64,000 nt of DNA from Octopus vulgaris (lineage: Eukaryota). The DNA lies in NCBI GenBank assembly GCA_951406725.2, contig OX597823.1, positions 67,704,001-67,768,000 of the forward strand, given 5' to 3'. This document shows, piece after piece, positions 1 to 12,882 of this stretch; position 1 is the stretch's first letter; each line of letters starts with the position of its first letter. Below the pieces are notes generated by a model that saw nothing but the letters and a program-made list of their open reading frames with translations, was not told where the DNA came from and ran no database searches. Position numbers and translations under genes: made by a program.

Positions 1-577
1 GGCCGCTTTTTCTATTTCATCTGGGTTTTTCTCTTTCGTAAAAAAGAGACTTTCAGTGAAGGTGACTGAAAACAATAACATACTTAAAATAATCCACATG
101 TTTGATTTTTCTTCAAATCTTGATAATGTTCTCCTTTACTTCGATTCTTTATTTTAATTTTTTTTTTCTGCTCCCAATACTAAGACTTACATAGCAGAAT
201 GAATGTGTGAGTCAACTGTTACTAAGATGACGCAAATTTTAACAAAATCTAATTGACACGTACTATGTGGAACTAACTGTCGTGTCTTTCTCTTGTAAAG
301 TACAATGAGTTATTTGAATGGAAATTTCGTAAACATATGGATGCACAAACGGTCTACAAACTTGACGTGTTACGTTAATAATTGATAATTTTCTGCTCCA
401 GAAATTTGATAACGGATGTAAATAATAGTTTCTTAAAGATAATTATGTTACGAATATTTAAGTAGGGAAAATTTCTCAACCATACATGCTTTAAAAATGA
501 TTCATTGAATTTATTCTTGTCTTTGTAGTCTATAAGTGAAATCATAGAATTTTGAAAGTTATATTTATTCAAGAATT

Positions 578-950
578 GGATCTTTTCGGTTTGAACGGCA
601 GTTTTTTAAAATAATTTCCACGTAACTAAACGCTTTTAAACTTCGTATACTGGTAGAATGTGCTTATAAAACATCTTTTTCTCTTGGCTTTATTGAGAAA
701 ATTCTATAGTTTGTAAGACATTTGTTGTTTTTTTACTTCAATTTCTGCAATTTCAACCAATCAATGACGTCTATTGAGGTGAAAACATTCTGTGCCGTAT
801 GAATATGTTCCTCATTTAAGAAACAGATTGGGTTTATTTACATTTCTGAAGAAAAAAAGATACCCTTCCCTCCACCTCTAACCCTAACTAATTGGGTGAC
901 AATTTCATATGACACCGCTAGAAAAACTGCCGTTCAAACCGAAAAGATCC
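578..950. mobile_element. Non-autonomous DNA transposon (MITE), 29-bp TIRs, 8-bp TSD
   Basis: Begins GGATCTTTTCGGTTTGAACGGCAGTTTTT (578-606) and ends AAAAACTGCCGTTCAAACCGAAAAGATCC (922-950). CAAGAATT is repeated directly on both sides (570-577, 951-958). Confidence 0.9.
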
Positions 951-2339
951 CAAGAATTATTAACTACCATATATTCGACATACATGTGGAATTTTTTAGA
1001 CCAAAATTTACAGTTAAAAAAAAAGGTAGGACGACTTGTACACCAACATGGCTGAAGAGAATCAAAAATTTCATGTGAAACGCAGCAGGGTTCGGAAAGA
1101 TAGTAACGATGTTTGAATGTTTACACTATATACTATGCCGATTTGTATAACGGAAAATATGTTAACACCATTTGGTGGTGGATGGGTGAATCAGCAAAGC
1201 TACTAATATTCAGAAACAATGCTTTATGCTCGGCGTTCAAAATCCTGCCAATTTCGAGTTTTGCCTTTCATCCTTCTAAGGTCGATAAAATAAAACATGG
1301 TTGATTTATATTACTATAATGCATATTAGATGTTAATGGGATGATTATCAAAAAAATGGCTGCTAACATTAAGGTCCTTGTTCCAATTCTATTGCCTGAC
1401 GGCATCTTGGCCAAGTACATCTATCGTACCTTTGAAGCGACCCATACCTTATTAATGAAATTGAACAGATGGAACCTTTGTACTAGCCTATTGGATGAAT
1501 ATATCTGTAATCCAAAGGTTTAGCGTTGCCACTCTTGTGTCACACTGACTCTACCTGAGAATTCCATTAAGAGTACAAGAGCATAAGGAATAGCCGCTCA
1601 GCACGCTGATTCAATAGGCAGGGACAACTGTATGCTTATCGGTCGGAAGCGACGTGAAAGCTCATCATCATTATAATAGAAGGCAAGACCTCACCGATCT
1701 TTTCTTCTTCTATCAGACATTTCAATATTTGTTTGTTCAGCAGACGGGAAAGTGAACTAAATATGAGATTATCATAATTTGTCTCCTTACGATCGGAGTT
1801 CAAAATCTAACTTGGGTTATCTTGCTTTTAGCCTATGTAGGATTGGTGTACTAGTTATTTAACCACTGGACAACCCTAACAAAACAGGAATATGCTCAAA
1901 TGGATTGTTACATCATCCAATGCTTCCTTTACTCATTGGTTAAAAACAGCATCGTTAGGACATCCAACAATATGCTTCGTGCTATTTTAGGCGCGTTCCT
2001 TTTCGTTCTGAGCTCAAATATCGCCGAGGCGAATTTTATCTTTCATCCTTCTTGGGCCGCTAAAATAAAGTACCTACGAAGTATGAGAATCGCTTAATAT
2101 TCTGATAATGCATCCCCAATGCGAATGAGATATATATAATAACAGTAATAAAACTGCGTAATTTGGGGAAGATTTCTAGCCAAGTTTGGCTTTGTAGAGG
2201 TTCCTCTGTTGCCTTTCTTATGTACCAAATATGTGCTAGTGTAGATTAAATTAACTGCTCCTTTATAACAAATATGTAGCCTTATATGATTCACTTCTCT
2301 TTGGGTTCTGAATTCAAACACAAATGACATTCGATAAAA

Positions 2340-2875
2340 AAAAATTCTTCTCTAAAGATGAGGTTATAGGGTTAGGGTTAGCGTTAAGGTTTTAGGGTTA
2401 CAGTTAGGGTTGGGGTTGGGGTTTTAGGGTTAGGGTTACGGAAAAAAGTGAAAAAATGAAGAAATTGGAGGGGAGAGGGGGGCAAAAAAGTCTTTCCGAA
2501 AATAGTAGCTGAAAAACAGGAAAAAAACCTAAAAGCAGTAGAAATGCACGAACGATTATGGTGGCGCCATGAAGTAAACATGCTTCAGATACACTCGTTT
2601 ATTCATACAAACGTAACTGAGATGAAATATGTCATAAATAACAGTGACAAACGAAATATACACTGCCGGAAGTTGTTGTTGATCAACAGCAGTAATTTTA
2701 TTCAGCTAAATACACGTCATTGATTGGTTGAAATTACCGAAATACGACAACTTTAACACGAAATAACTTTGAAAATAGAAACTTTTCTCAACCACACTAA
2801 GAGTAAAAGATGTTCTGTATGATACAATCTACCAGTGTCCGAAGTTTGAAAGTATTTAGTTAGAAAAAATTAATT
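2340..2875 (-). mobile_element. Diverged relative of the 578-950 MITE carrying a telomere-like array
   Basis: The reverse complement of ~2710-2865 (CTAACTAAATACTTTCAAACTTCGGACACTGGTAGATTG...) aligns by eye with 622-780 (AACTAAACGCTTTTAAACTTCGTATACTGGTAGAATG...). Ends not resolved. Confidence 0.6.
2362..2440 (+). repeat. Degenerate interstitial (TTAGGG)n telomere-like repeat
   Basis: About 12 units: TAGGGTTAGGGTTAGCGTTAAGGTTTTAGGGTTACAGTTAGGGTTGGGGTTGGGGTTTTAGGGTTAGGGTTAC. Confidence 0.85.
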
Positions 2876-2939
2876 TCTCGATCTGCCGAATCGACTCTGC
2901 AATCGCCCTGCAGGCCAATGAACTAGCTCTTTTGCCGAC

Positions 2940-3800
2940 ATACCCCGGCAAAAGAACAACAAAAGTATTTATAGAAGATTTCGCATCGGTAATCAAATCT
3001 ACATGACTTTTGGCAGCCGCCTTCGCTAATATAAAAGAGGTGACATTTATGGAAATGCAGGAGGGAAGTGTCCTGAACTGGTGTGACAGGACCGTAAGAG
3101 CAACGATTTAAGCCACACCAGCAGACATTGACAATATACCAGAATTCATCATTCTTCCGGATGATACGAAGCTGAAGGTAAGGACAGAATTCCAAAGTGC
3201 TTCGGGTGCGGACAGAAGGGCACATAAAAACATGCCCCCAGGTTCTAGAACTTGAAGCATAGGGAAAAAAAGCAGAAGGCTAGTGTGCAGCAGAAGAGTG
3301 GAAGAGGAGGTCCCATGGGACAAGGAGAAGCAGGAAGAGGTAATGGGGATGGTCTCGACAAAGATATATACACTGTCGACTTCCACGTCTACAGAGGAAG
3401 AGGTGATGGTGGAGAGAGAGATGGTCGCGACGAGAGAGGACACACCGTAGACTTCTACTGAGGTAAGTGACGGTGATTTGGGATGTTGCTGGGAGTAAGA
3501 GAAAAAAGAAAAAAAAAACACTCGTTCTCTCTCTCCTACAAACAAAAAAGTTTAAAACAAAGAACACACAAGATCACAAAACATCAGAGACAATTGAAAA
3601 CACTCAAAGCAAAGACAAAATTTAAAAAATGTAGCAACACTAAGCAAAGTTTAAAAAAAAAATTATATTTATGTACGTTTAAAAAATGATCATTTCATCT
3701 TTCTCATTTTTAAAATCATTTTCATTCGATTTTTTAAAATCCATTTCTAATGTCCTCTCTTTGTTTAGTCCCTTCGTGGACAAGCTATAAAGAAATAATT
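2940..3800 (+). mobile_element. Decayed retroelement-like fragment with gag-type CCHC zinc knuckle and A-rich tail
   Basis: 3192-3238 reads PKCFGCGQKG/HIKTCP (C-X2-C-X4-H-X3/4-C) across a frameshift. It is followed by purine-rich low-complexity sequence and A-rich runs. Boundaries approximate. Confidence 0.45.
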
Positions 3801-4063
3801 CCCTCTAAGCTAACTCAGAAAGAAGAGAATTGTCAGCAGAACACTTTGATGCCATGCTGTGTTCTTTTCCCGCGTACATCATGTATAAACTACACTAGGA
3901 ACCGATGTATATTTGCTAACAGTATTATTCATGTACCAGTTTTCGGTATCTTCTATTAGTGGAGAAATAAATGTGGCCGCCAATTATAATCTGTGTCTTT
4001 GTAGTCATGACTCGTTTGTCACCAAAATATAATTTTACCAGGGCTGTAGTCACATCACCTTTT
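3784..4063 (+). repeat. Direct repeat A (putative 5' LTR remnant)
   Basis: Shares GCTATAAAGAA..TAACTCAGA.AGAAGAGAATTGTCAGCAGA, GTTCTTTTCCCGCG.ACATCA, TCATGACTCGTTTG and CACATCACCTTT with 7590-7866. No clear TG..CA termini or PBS seen. Confidence 0.55.
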
Positions 4064-4499
4064 CACCGTGACTTGACTCAGAACTTTATTTGCAGCTGTA
4101 TTCTTCACCCAGCTACAACCGCTTACTATTCTTCTTAAATCTAAAGTAATGCCAATACGTCAGTTCTTCCTTTGGGAAGTTTTTATATGTTTTAGCAGCA
4201 AACCAAGTTATATTTGTGAATTAGCGAAGTGTTGAGATCATAAACAGGCAGTAATAAACTTCTCCGGTCGAAAAACTCCACTTCAAAACTATTTTCAACA
4301 GTTTTCTATCTTCCAGGCTTTTGCGTACGGGAACGTATTCACGTGCAAATATTACCTCTTACCACCACACCCGTGTCCGGATAGCGTCATTTTTATTGCC
4401 TACTGCAAGAAATGGCCGTCAAATCTGGTAGTGAGATTTGCTGAGTTAAGTATCTGCCAATTTTTCTTCCTGTGCAATTCATTTCTAGTTACTAATGCT

Positions 4500-5260
4500 G
4501 TATGGCATACTCTCCAGTTTCTTCCGGCGCTTCCGACATCTCTGTCACGTTACCATTTCAAGCTGCTGTATCTTTCGCTTCTTCTCCTTTTACTGGCGAT
4601 CCGGCCATTTGGTTTTCACAGCAAGAAGCCAATTTTGCTGTCAATAACATCACTTCTGATGTCAGGCAATCACATTTATTTTGTTACCGATAACATCACT
4701 TCAGATGTCACGCAATCACATTTATTAGTCAGCGTTCTGCCTCTTGCTTTAAGCAGCGAAGTTACAGCTAACGAGGATCAACTAACTTATTTAACCATGA
4801 AATCTGAAATATTGCGCCATAAGCGTTATCATCAGTTGATATATAAAGAAATCCTAGGCGATAAAAGTCCTTCACAGTTGCTTCGCAGAATACGGGACTT
4901 GGCTGAGAGCAGTTCTATGGATGAAGATATACTCAAACAGTTATTTTTCTCTCGCCTTCCTAATAATGTCCAAGCTATTTTGACCACTATCGGTGAGCAT
5001 AAAACCAACAGCCGGTGGATTTAGCTGATGGTATTATCGACTGAGTTATCCTTTCCCCGCAAGTACTTCGACAGGAAAATCCAACTGATTACTGAGCAAA
5101 TCTCTTGTTTATAGTTTCCTTCCATTTCTTCTCGGGCAAGAACGCGAAATCATTCGTTTTTTCCTCATTGTACACGTTCCTTCAGCAGAAGCCCGATGCA
5201 GTATTACTGGTATCACCAGCGTTTTGGACCACGTACGCACAAGTGTATGCCATCACGTGC
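4500..5260 (+). pseudogene. Gypsy gag remnant (frameshifted)
   Basis: PFTGDPAIWFSQQEANF, LGDKSPSQLLRRIRDL and LKQLFFSRLPNNVQAIL are typical of this Gag family. Degenerate CHCC-type box YWYHQRFGPRTHKCMP at 5205-5258. A 46-bp internal tandem duplication lies at ~4644-4727. Confidence 0.85.
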
Positions 5261-5379
5261 TTTTTCTTTATCTGTCCAACCCCTGGAAAACACGATTCCC
5301 ATGGATTAACTGCGGCTACATTTCTGGATAGATCATTGGATTGCTGCGGTTTTTTTCGCCCACGATTCTTACTCTAAGC

Positions 5380-6915
5380 AGCGTTTATTAGTCGATACTG
5401 GGGCGGCATGCAATGTCTGGCCCGCGAGTTTCGTGACCGACTCGCGCCAATCAGCTGCCATTACTTTGCAGGCGGTACATTCACCGATTCATACCTATGA
5501 GGTAAAGTCTCTCACCTTGGATATCGACTTTCGGCGACAATTTCAATGGGTTTTTATAATCGCTGATCTTTCATACCCAATTCCTCGGTGTTGATTTTCT
5601 ACACTATTTTCATCTGTTGGTTAATTTGAGGAATAAAAGACTAATCGATGCACAGACTTTTCCTTCTGCTCAGAGTCCGTCTTCAATACTTGCTACTGTT
5701 TGTCTATCTCCTTCCAATTGTTTTCATGAACTTTTATCAAAGTTTCCGGTGTTAACTCGAACTGTTTTATAATAAATCTCCAGCACATACTGTCATACAC
5801 CATATTGTCACTAAGGCGTCCTCCCCACCATGGCTTTCACTCCTCGGCGCCTTGCTCCGGCTAAACTCAAAGTCGTTAAGGATGAATTTCGTCACATATT
5901 GGGCCTTGGAATAATTCGTCCTTTTAGCAGTAATTGGTCATCTCCTACATCTCGTGTCAAAGTAATCGGGCGACTGCCGACCGTGCGTAGATTACCGACG
6001 TTTGAATGTTCTAACAATTCCGGACCATTATCCTGTTCTGGATCTATTCAGTTTCAATCACAGAATAGATCCCCTATTCTTCGTATCCTAGACTTTTTTT
6101 TACTTATTTACACGGCTGCACCATCTTCTCTAAAATCTATCTAGTGCGAGCCTATAACCAAATTCCTATTGAATCTTCCGATATCTCCAAGACCGCCGTA
6201 ACTACTTTTGGCTTTTTTGAATGTGTGCGGATGCCTTTTGGTTTATGTAACACTACCAGTATATTTCAGCGATTTATGGACGAAGCCATTCGTGGTTTGA
6301 ATTTTGTTTTCACCAATATCGATTTGTTGATAGCTAGTTCTACGGAGGAAGAATATTTAGCACACTTGCAACAACTTTTCACACGCCTAGCGTAATACGA
6401 TGTTATAATCCATGCCATCAAATGCGTGCTTGACGTTCCCTCTCTTACTTTTCTCGGACATACTATCGACAAAAATGGCATAAGTCTGTTACCAACTAAA
6501 ATTTAGGCTATTCGCAACTTTCCACGTTTCTTTACGGAAGTTACGCGAATTTCTCGGCCTACTTAATTTTTACAGGTGATTCATTCCTCATTGTACGGAA
6601 GCTACCTGTCCCCTGACCGAACTTTTACGGAATCGTAAAAAGAAAATGATTCGTAACGATGTTGTCAGAGAAGCCCTCCAACAGTCCTTATCGGGTTCGT
6701 AAAGTGAAATCTGAGTTTATGGTGTTGGACGTCAGCGGCAAACACCAAACTGAATACTGATCAAGCTAAACAAGCATTTATTGATTCGTCTACCGAAAGA
6801 CGGCATCTTACTTCTTCCCCCGCTGACACGCTACATACAAACTCTACAACTCCCCTTCCGGCTCGTGTTACCAGGAATGCGAGACAAGTTTATTGGCCTG
6901 CCAAGTTGGTACATA
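5380..6915 (+). pseudogene. Gypsy pol remnant: aspartic protease, RT, integrase C-terminus
   Basis: LLVDTGAA (DTGA at 5394-5405). RRLAPAKLKVVKDEF..GIIRPFSSNWSSP and [29 protein letters not shown], with YIDD decayed to NIDL. Integrase tail motifs at ~6670-6915 (VTRNARQVYWP). Many stops and frameshifts. Confidence 0.9.
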
Positions 6916-7589
6916 CCTACCATTAACTAATTATGTGCTTGGCACTGCTACGTATCCTTCAGTTCAACATATTGTTTTACTCCGAGTATGGCATATAGCT
7001 AACTTTTTGAACTTTTGACCACTGGAACTGTCCTAAGTTTGCTGAATTTCAGACTTCTTTGTTACAGAGTATTCACCATGTTTTTATCACTGCGTTTTGA
7101 GGTAGTTCTCTGATTGATTATTCACTGTTGATAGAAATAGCAGCCATTTCCTCCATGTCATTTGACAAAATATTTTTCGTTACAGTTTACATACACTCTA
7201 TGCTTACCACTAATATACTATTTTATGTAATTTCTAAAAACTCCCATGTTGAACTATCTAAACTGTTCTTAATGATTTTCAGCCATTTATATGAACTTCT
7301 GGCTATTTTCATAGCAGTTGATGTATTTTTGTTGGACAGTTTTGCTCATGCTTTTTTTTTTTTTGCATGTCCTTTATGTACATTTTTGTTGTAGTTTTTG
7401 CTGTTTCATATATTTCCCTCGCGGTCATAATTCTGGTCTGAGGGTAGCAAGCATATATTTTGTTTTCTGAAAGTGGTCACGTAACCAAACCCGTTCGTGC
7501 CGATGGGATGTGTTAACTTATCGAATCAAACCACTTGCCACACCAGAAAAGCGCGGCGCATTTAAAAAAATTTTTTTATCCTATTAACT

Positions 7590-7866
7590 GCTATAAAGAA
7601 TAACTCAGAGAGAAGAGAATTGTCAGCAGAGTACTTTGACGTTATGCTTGTTCTTTTCCCGCGCACATCATCATGTACAAACAGCACGGAGAACCAATGT
7701 ATTTTTGCCAACAGTTTTCATGTTGTACTGTTTTCTGTACCTTTTAGGGGAGAAGTAAATGTGACAGTCAGTTATAACTTAGCTCTTCGTATTTCTTGGT
7801 GCTCTTAATCATGACTCGTTTGGAACCAGATTATAATTTTATCAGGACCGTAACCACATCACCTTT
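7590..7866 (+). repeat. Direct repeat B (putative 3' LTR remnant)
   Basis: Diverged direct copy of 3784-4063. Confidence 0.55.
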
Positions 7867-8092
7867 GTGGCTTGCATGTCTATGCATGATTGCCAATGCA
7901 TTTACATGTGATAATCCTGCTAAATTTTCATAAGTGTGGTTTTTAGCAATGTCACGATGGTAAAAGATGGAAGTTGTAAGACGCTGGTAATTGATGAGTT
8001 GGGTTTAGGCTGGTATAATGAATGCAAAACACTTGTGAACAGCTAACAGAATTTTATTCGTCGCACCAAATATTTTCCATGTTGGTCTTGAA

Positions 8093-8915
8093 TTTAGAAA
8101 CGCACCTCTCCAAGAAAATGATACCTAATTGAAAAAAAAAAGTGACGAAAATGGAAAATATATACAAAATAATGGAAGTATGCAAAAAATTAGGAAGATT
8201 CATCTATTTTGAAATATTTTGTATTAAAAAATAAAACAAACGGGGAAACGGGTACTCGCAAATACAAACAAACATGTCGGACGATACAAGGGGCGGGAAT
8301 TTACTTTTACCAATCAGGTACTATTAATGATACGAGGAGTCCGACAATATCGTCTGCGAATTGTAAGACCATTTCACAATCTGTTTCTTGAAATTCAATT
8401 TATGTGGAATCAGCAATTTGGACATGCACCATTTTTCAACTCTTGGAGCCAAAATAGCCACTGAGTTGTATGTTGCATAATTTATTTTCTCTATAAACTG
8501 AAAACAAAAATAAAAATTACAAAACTTGCATACGTCTTAAACATATTTATCTATTGTTTTATAATTATTTTTGTCGTATATCACATAGAATGGGCGAAGG
8601 TAAAGCGAGTGCACACCATCTAACCATAACACTAAAAATATCTGATTAAAAACAATCAAGAATTTGCAAACGATATTGTCGGGCTCCTCGTATCATTAAT
8701 AATACCTGACTGGTAAAGGTAAATTACCGCCCCTTGTATAGTCTGACATGTTTGTTTATATACCACTGGTGCCCTTTTCTGTTTTATTTTTTAGTATAAA
8801 ATATTTATAAATGGATGAGTCTAATTTTCCTGCATGCATAATTTATTTTGTATGTATTTTCCATTTTCATAACTTTTAATTGCATTTCATTTTCTTGGGG
8901 AGGTGCGTTTCTAAA
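8093..8915. mobile_element. Foldback/MITE with ~270-bp imperfect terminal inverted repeats
   Basis: TTTAGAAACGCACCTC..ATTAATGATACGAGGAGTCCGACAATATCGT (8093-~8360) mirrors ACGATATTGTCGGGCTCCTCGTATCATTAAT..GAGGTGCGTTTCTAAA (~8660-8915). TSD not identified. Confidence 0.8.
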
Positions 8916-10149
8916 AGAGCGTCAACGAGTCATTAGAACGCATGAGTCAAGAAGTCTTACTGTAGCATTCTGCCTTGTTTGTATTACTCAGTGTCTTTAG
9001 TAAAAACTCTCGGAAGATGCTTCCTACATACAATGACCCAAGGAACCAGTGAAATATATTTTACTTCATCTACAAACAAGCTGTGTATATACAAACAAGT
9101 CAACGAAGTGGTATATATCTTATATATTATAACAACTGGCATTATTTTCAACATTGCAACAACATAATTTATGAATGATAAATGGCCATATTAATAATGA
9201 AGCAAATAATATTCTTCTTCAATCGTTTCTCTGATGCATCTTACATATTAAATTCTGTCGCATTATGACATAGAATTTCCTTGTTACATATTTAATTAGC
9301 AATTCTTCCATCATTACATGGGCAAATATAGCGAAGTCTATACTTCGCAGATAATATCATAAGAAATGCGTTATGTTCCGTACTTGTCAATTTCTGAGGC
9401 ACGAGGACAATACAGTCTTATTCCTATCTATGTATGCTTTGCCTTGTCATTGAATACACAGTACATTGATTTGTCCAGGATCTTACAGTGCTGCTAAGAC
9501 GGCCTTGCACAAGGCCACGCATTTTGTTGAGATGAATCGATTAAATCGACCTCATCACTTCCCTGATCCTTTATTTAAATCTTTGAAGGATGAAAGCAAA
9601 GTCGACCTCGAACGGGATTTGAACTCCGTTCGTTTAAGTACACAGCGAAATAACGCAGCACAGTTATTCCACTAATAACTTTCAATCCGCTTCACTATAA
9701 TCAATTCAAAAAAAAAATTATAAATCGATTTTTTAAAAATGTAAAATAAAAACCTGTTAAAATTCCTGTATCGAATTATCATTGATTTTATTTAACTCTT
9801 CATCTGCATTCCTTCTCCCATCCTTATCTTTTCCTTCACTCTAGTTTTTGCGTTAGTTTTATACTTTTGTATAAGGGTTATATCTTCCTCAGTCTCGCAT
9901 GGCTTACTTGCTTTACAAGAACATTTAAATCGATTAAATAAATTATTTAAATGAATAAGCAAGTGAGGTGGTGACTGGTAGAAATTGTAGTATCATAAAT
10001 TAAATGATTTATTGTATTTAATAGGGTAATTGAGGAACAATAGTGTCGTTAGTCGGATTTCCAACCAAGTCAATCGATTTTTGCAAGGTAGGATAATTAA
10101 GAAAGTTTCTATGTTATTTAAGGCACAAAAAACTTAGTTCGGAAAAGCG

Positions 10150-10474
10150 TTGTGTTTTCAGTATTCCTACCGATGTTTAAATACTCCGTCGATATACATC
10201 AGGCATGGATAACCTTTTTCGAGCAGAGAGGGTCGCACGAGACCTGTCTCATAACAGGTGGGTCGCACTACTGAAAGAATTGACGGTAGTTTTCCGTTGG
10301 TGTGCCATTCAGAAAGTCCTGCAGACCACAGCTTGCCCCTGACTGACATTCGCGCGTCAGTCTCGAGCTAATCGACTTTTTCGTTTTCCACATGAAACGG
10401 AAAATAAAGCTGGAGAAGAAATTGCTTGTCGCAAAGTGTGTTTCGTAAAAGAAGGAAGTCTATAGCAAGTATGT
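10150..10474 (+). promoter_or_regulatory. Candidate CpG-retaining promoter and short non-coding first exon
   Basis: Locally GC/CpG-rich, non-repetitive. Inr-like TCAGTC at 10357-10362 and donor-like CAA|GTATGT at 10469, followed by T-rich intron-like sequence. Inference only. Confidence 0.3.
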
Positions 10475-11027
10475 TGCGAGTGAAAGAACCTGTTTAAACG
10501 AGAATATAAAAAGGAGAAAGCAAAGTCTTCAGTGTGATTATGTGGTTTGTGGGATCGACCGCGTCGTCCTTTGTTTCATTTTTTTTTTTTTTTTTGTAAA
10601 TCACTCATTCTCATTTAATTGTATATATTTTGTTTGTTTATTCTACGTTTCGTCTCATTCGATACTCTGACCCCAGTGTTTGTTTTGTCTGTCCTCGTAT
10701 CGTCCCCTCTTTTTAATAAAGAAATTGACTGACGCACACACACACACAGCCAGTTAGAAAAGTCGTTTGATCGTCAGAATTCGCACTATTCATTATGGCT
10801 TCCTGCTCGCTGAGTTTAAATCGCGCCGATGTCAACTTTGCTTTTCATCCTTTTGGAGTGGATAACGTTCTAGTTCAGTATTGATAACAATTCTTCTCAC
10901 TCTCTTTTTTTTTTCCATGAGGAAGAAACCACACTGTAATGTTAAGTCGGAAGGGTACATACACAAACACAGTTTCAGGTATTTCAAACCTTACGAGTAA
11001 ATTTCTCGCTGGAATATGTTGTCTTTT

Positions 11028-11235
11028 GGGATCTTTTCCTTTTGAACGACACTTTTCAACACAATTTCTAGTTAACTAAACACTTTTAAACTTCGTATAC
11101 TGGTAGAATGTGTCAAAATAAAACATTTTTTTTCTCTTGGCTTTCTTGAGAAAATTGTAATTTGTTTGTTTAACGTAGTTTAATTTTTCGAATTTTAACC
11201 AATCCTATACCCTCTATTGAGCTAAAATCATTTGT
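11028..11235 (+). mobile_element. 5' fragment of the 578-950 MITE family
   Basis: GGGATCTTTTCCTTTTGAACGAC..AACTAAACACTTTTAAACTTCGTATACTGGTAGAATGTG matches 578-780. Confidence 0.75.
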
Positions 11236-12349
11236 AATATGAAAGACTTGTTCACGAGTCAACAAAGAAATAGCAGTTAAATATCTTCGCAATTATATGG
11301 TGTCATATTCGAGATCTTTATAAAATCTTTCCTGCCATCAGAATTTAGGATACACATGGTTAACATGCAGCTTACCGTTGTAAAAAACTGACAGTATATT
11401 GCGATAAAAAAAACGAATGAAAAATGTTTGACATCCAATGAGTGGCTTACTATGTGGGTTTCGTCCACTTCTCTACTCATAAGTTGTTGACAATTCACTG
11501 AATTTTGTTGATCCAAACGATGACAGCAGCCATACACAGACTATAGGGCAGTGATGGATGTTCGCCAAGAAGAAATTCAGGCAACAATGTGGGATAGTGA
11601 TGATTTATTTACATCATATCTTCATAAGCATGTGTGGCGAAACAAATTAAGAGATCGTGAAAAACTATTTACGAATCTCATTTCATGCATCAACGATTGT
11701 TATGTTTTCCCGTAAATGTGATTGTTTTCATCTTATATAAAACAGATGTGCGGTCTTCATGTTATATTAAATATGTGTACATTTATGTATTGGCTACATT
11801 GGTATATAACACTGTTTATAGGAAATTGCAGATTGTCTCTATCGTCACTTCTGGTTTCTGTTGCAATATTTTTTCACATTCTATGAACAATTTACTATTT
11901 AACGCCTGTAAACTGCAAGTTTGCACCACAAAGATAATGATTTCAAATTCTGGCTCAGGGCCAGCAATTATTGGCGGGAGGGAGAAGTCGATTGCATCGA
12001 ACGAGAGTACTTGATATTTGTTTTATTGACCCTGAAAAATGAGACGCTAAGTCGACTTAAGTATTTGAACCCAACATGAAGACAGACGAAATGCCACTAA
12101 GTATTTTCTCCGGTGTGCAAACGATTCTGCCAGAGCGTACGCGTACCATTTCTTTTTGTGTGCAGTTAGAATAAAAGCAATTTTATATGAATCTAACGGG
12201 TTATTCAATACTTTTGTGGTGTACAAATTTATTATTCTTATACAGTCTGACAACGGCTTAGCTGGTCGAGATTTCAAAGTCACTGCCAACAAATATATGT
12301 ATAGATATCTTAGAATAAAACGTAATATGTTCCTGTTGGTCAGGCTAGG

Positions 12350-12882
12350 GAAAGCAGAGTAACACAACAAACGAAGTGGGAGTGAGTGAGTCAGAGGCGG
12401 TAAAACAAACGGACAGCATTCAGAGGTTTTGCTATAAAAACTTGGTATTTTAATAAAAAGAAAATTGCAGCAAAGCTGTGTGATAGTGATGTAAGAAGTG
12501 GCATGTAGACCCTCATGTGATTTGTTAAACATATATTTTCCCTGCTCCACTTATTGTGGTGCACCTTCACTGCTCCTTTCTTTTATGGTCAATAGCAATA
12601 TATCGGTGCCAGGAACCTGTCCATAAATCCAATGATGTAGAATTCAAATTTCTAATAATTTCATTCAAGTCATAAGCCTTGCTGTTCAAGTTTGTCTTAA
12701 GTTGGCAATGGGGATGATAACAAATCCAACAACTGCTGATGGACTGACAGATTTAATGGTTGAATTGAAAGTTTTCAATTTATGAACAATATCCCAGTTG
12801 TGAGGGAAGACAAACATATATCAGATGAATTTTTAGAATATCATTAATACCGGCTGCATAATGAAAAATTGTTTATGGACAG
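12350..12882 (+). other. Candidate first exon of a host gene (5' UTR, possibly short coding start MKNCLWT)
   Basis: Non-repetitive sequence ending ATGAAAAATTGTTTATGGACAG|GTAAAG (ATG 12861, donor 12883). It coincides with the switch to CpG-depleted sequence. The 5' end is a guess. Confidence 0.4.

Larger units (their letters stand above)
3784..7866 (+). mobile_element. Degenerate Ty3/Gypsy LTR retrotransposon, probably CsRn1/Kabuki-like lineage, internally deleted
   Basis: Gag, protease, RT and integrase C-terminal remnants occur in Gypsy order between diverged direct repeats at ~3784-4063 and ~7590-7866. Confidence 0.85.

Noticed and set aside
2362-2440. True chromosome end
   Set aside because: Short, degenerate, interstitial and embedded in a MITE-related sequence.
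12047-12550. 167-aa minus-strand ORF
   Set aside because: Non-ATG start, runs into a SINE B fragment, no homology recognised.
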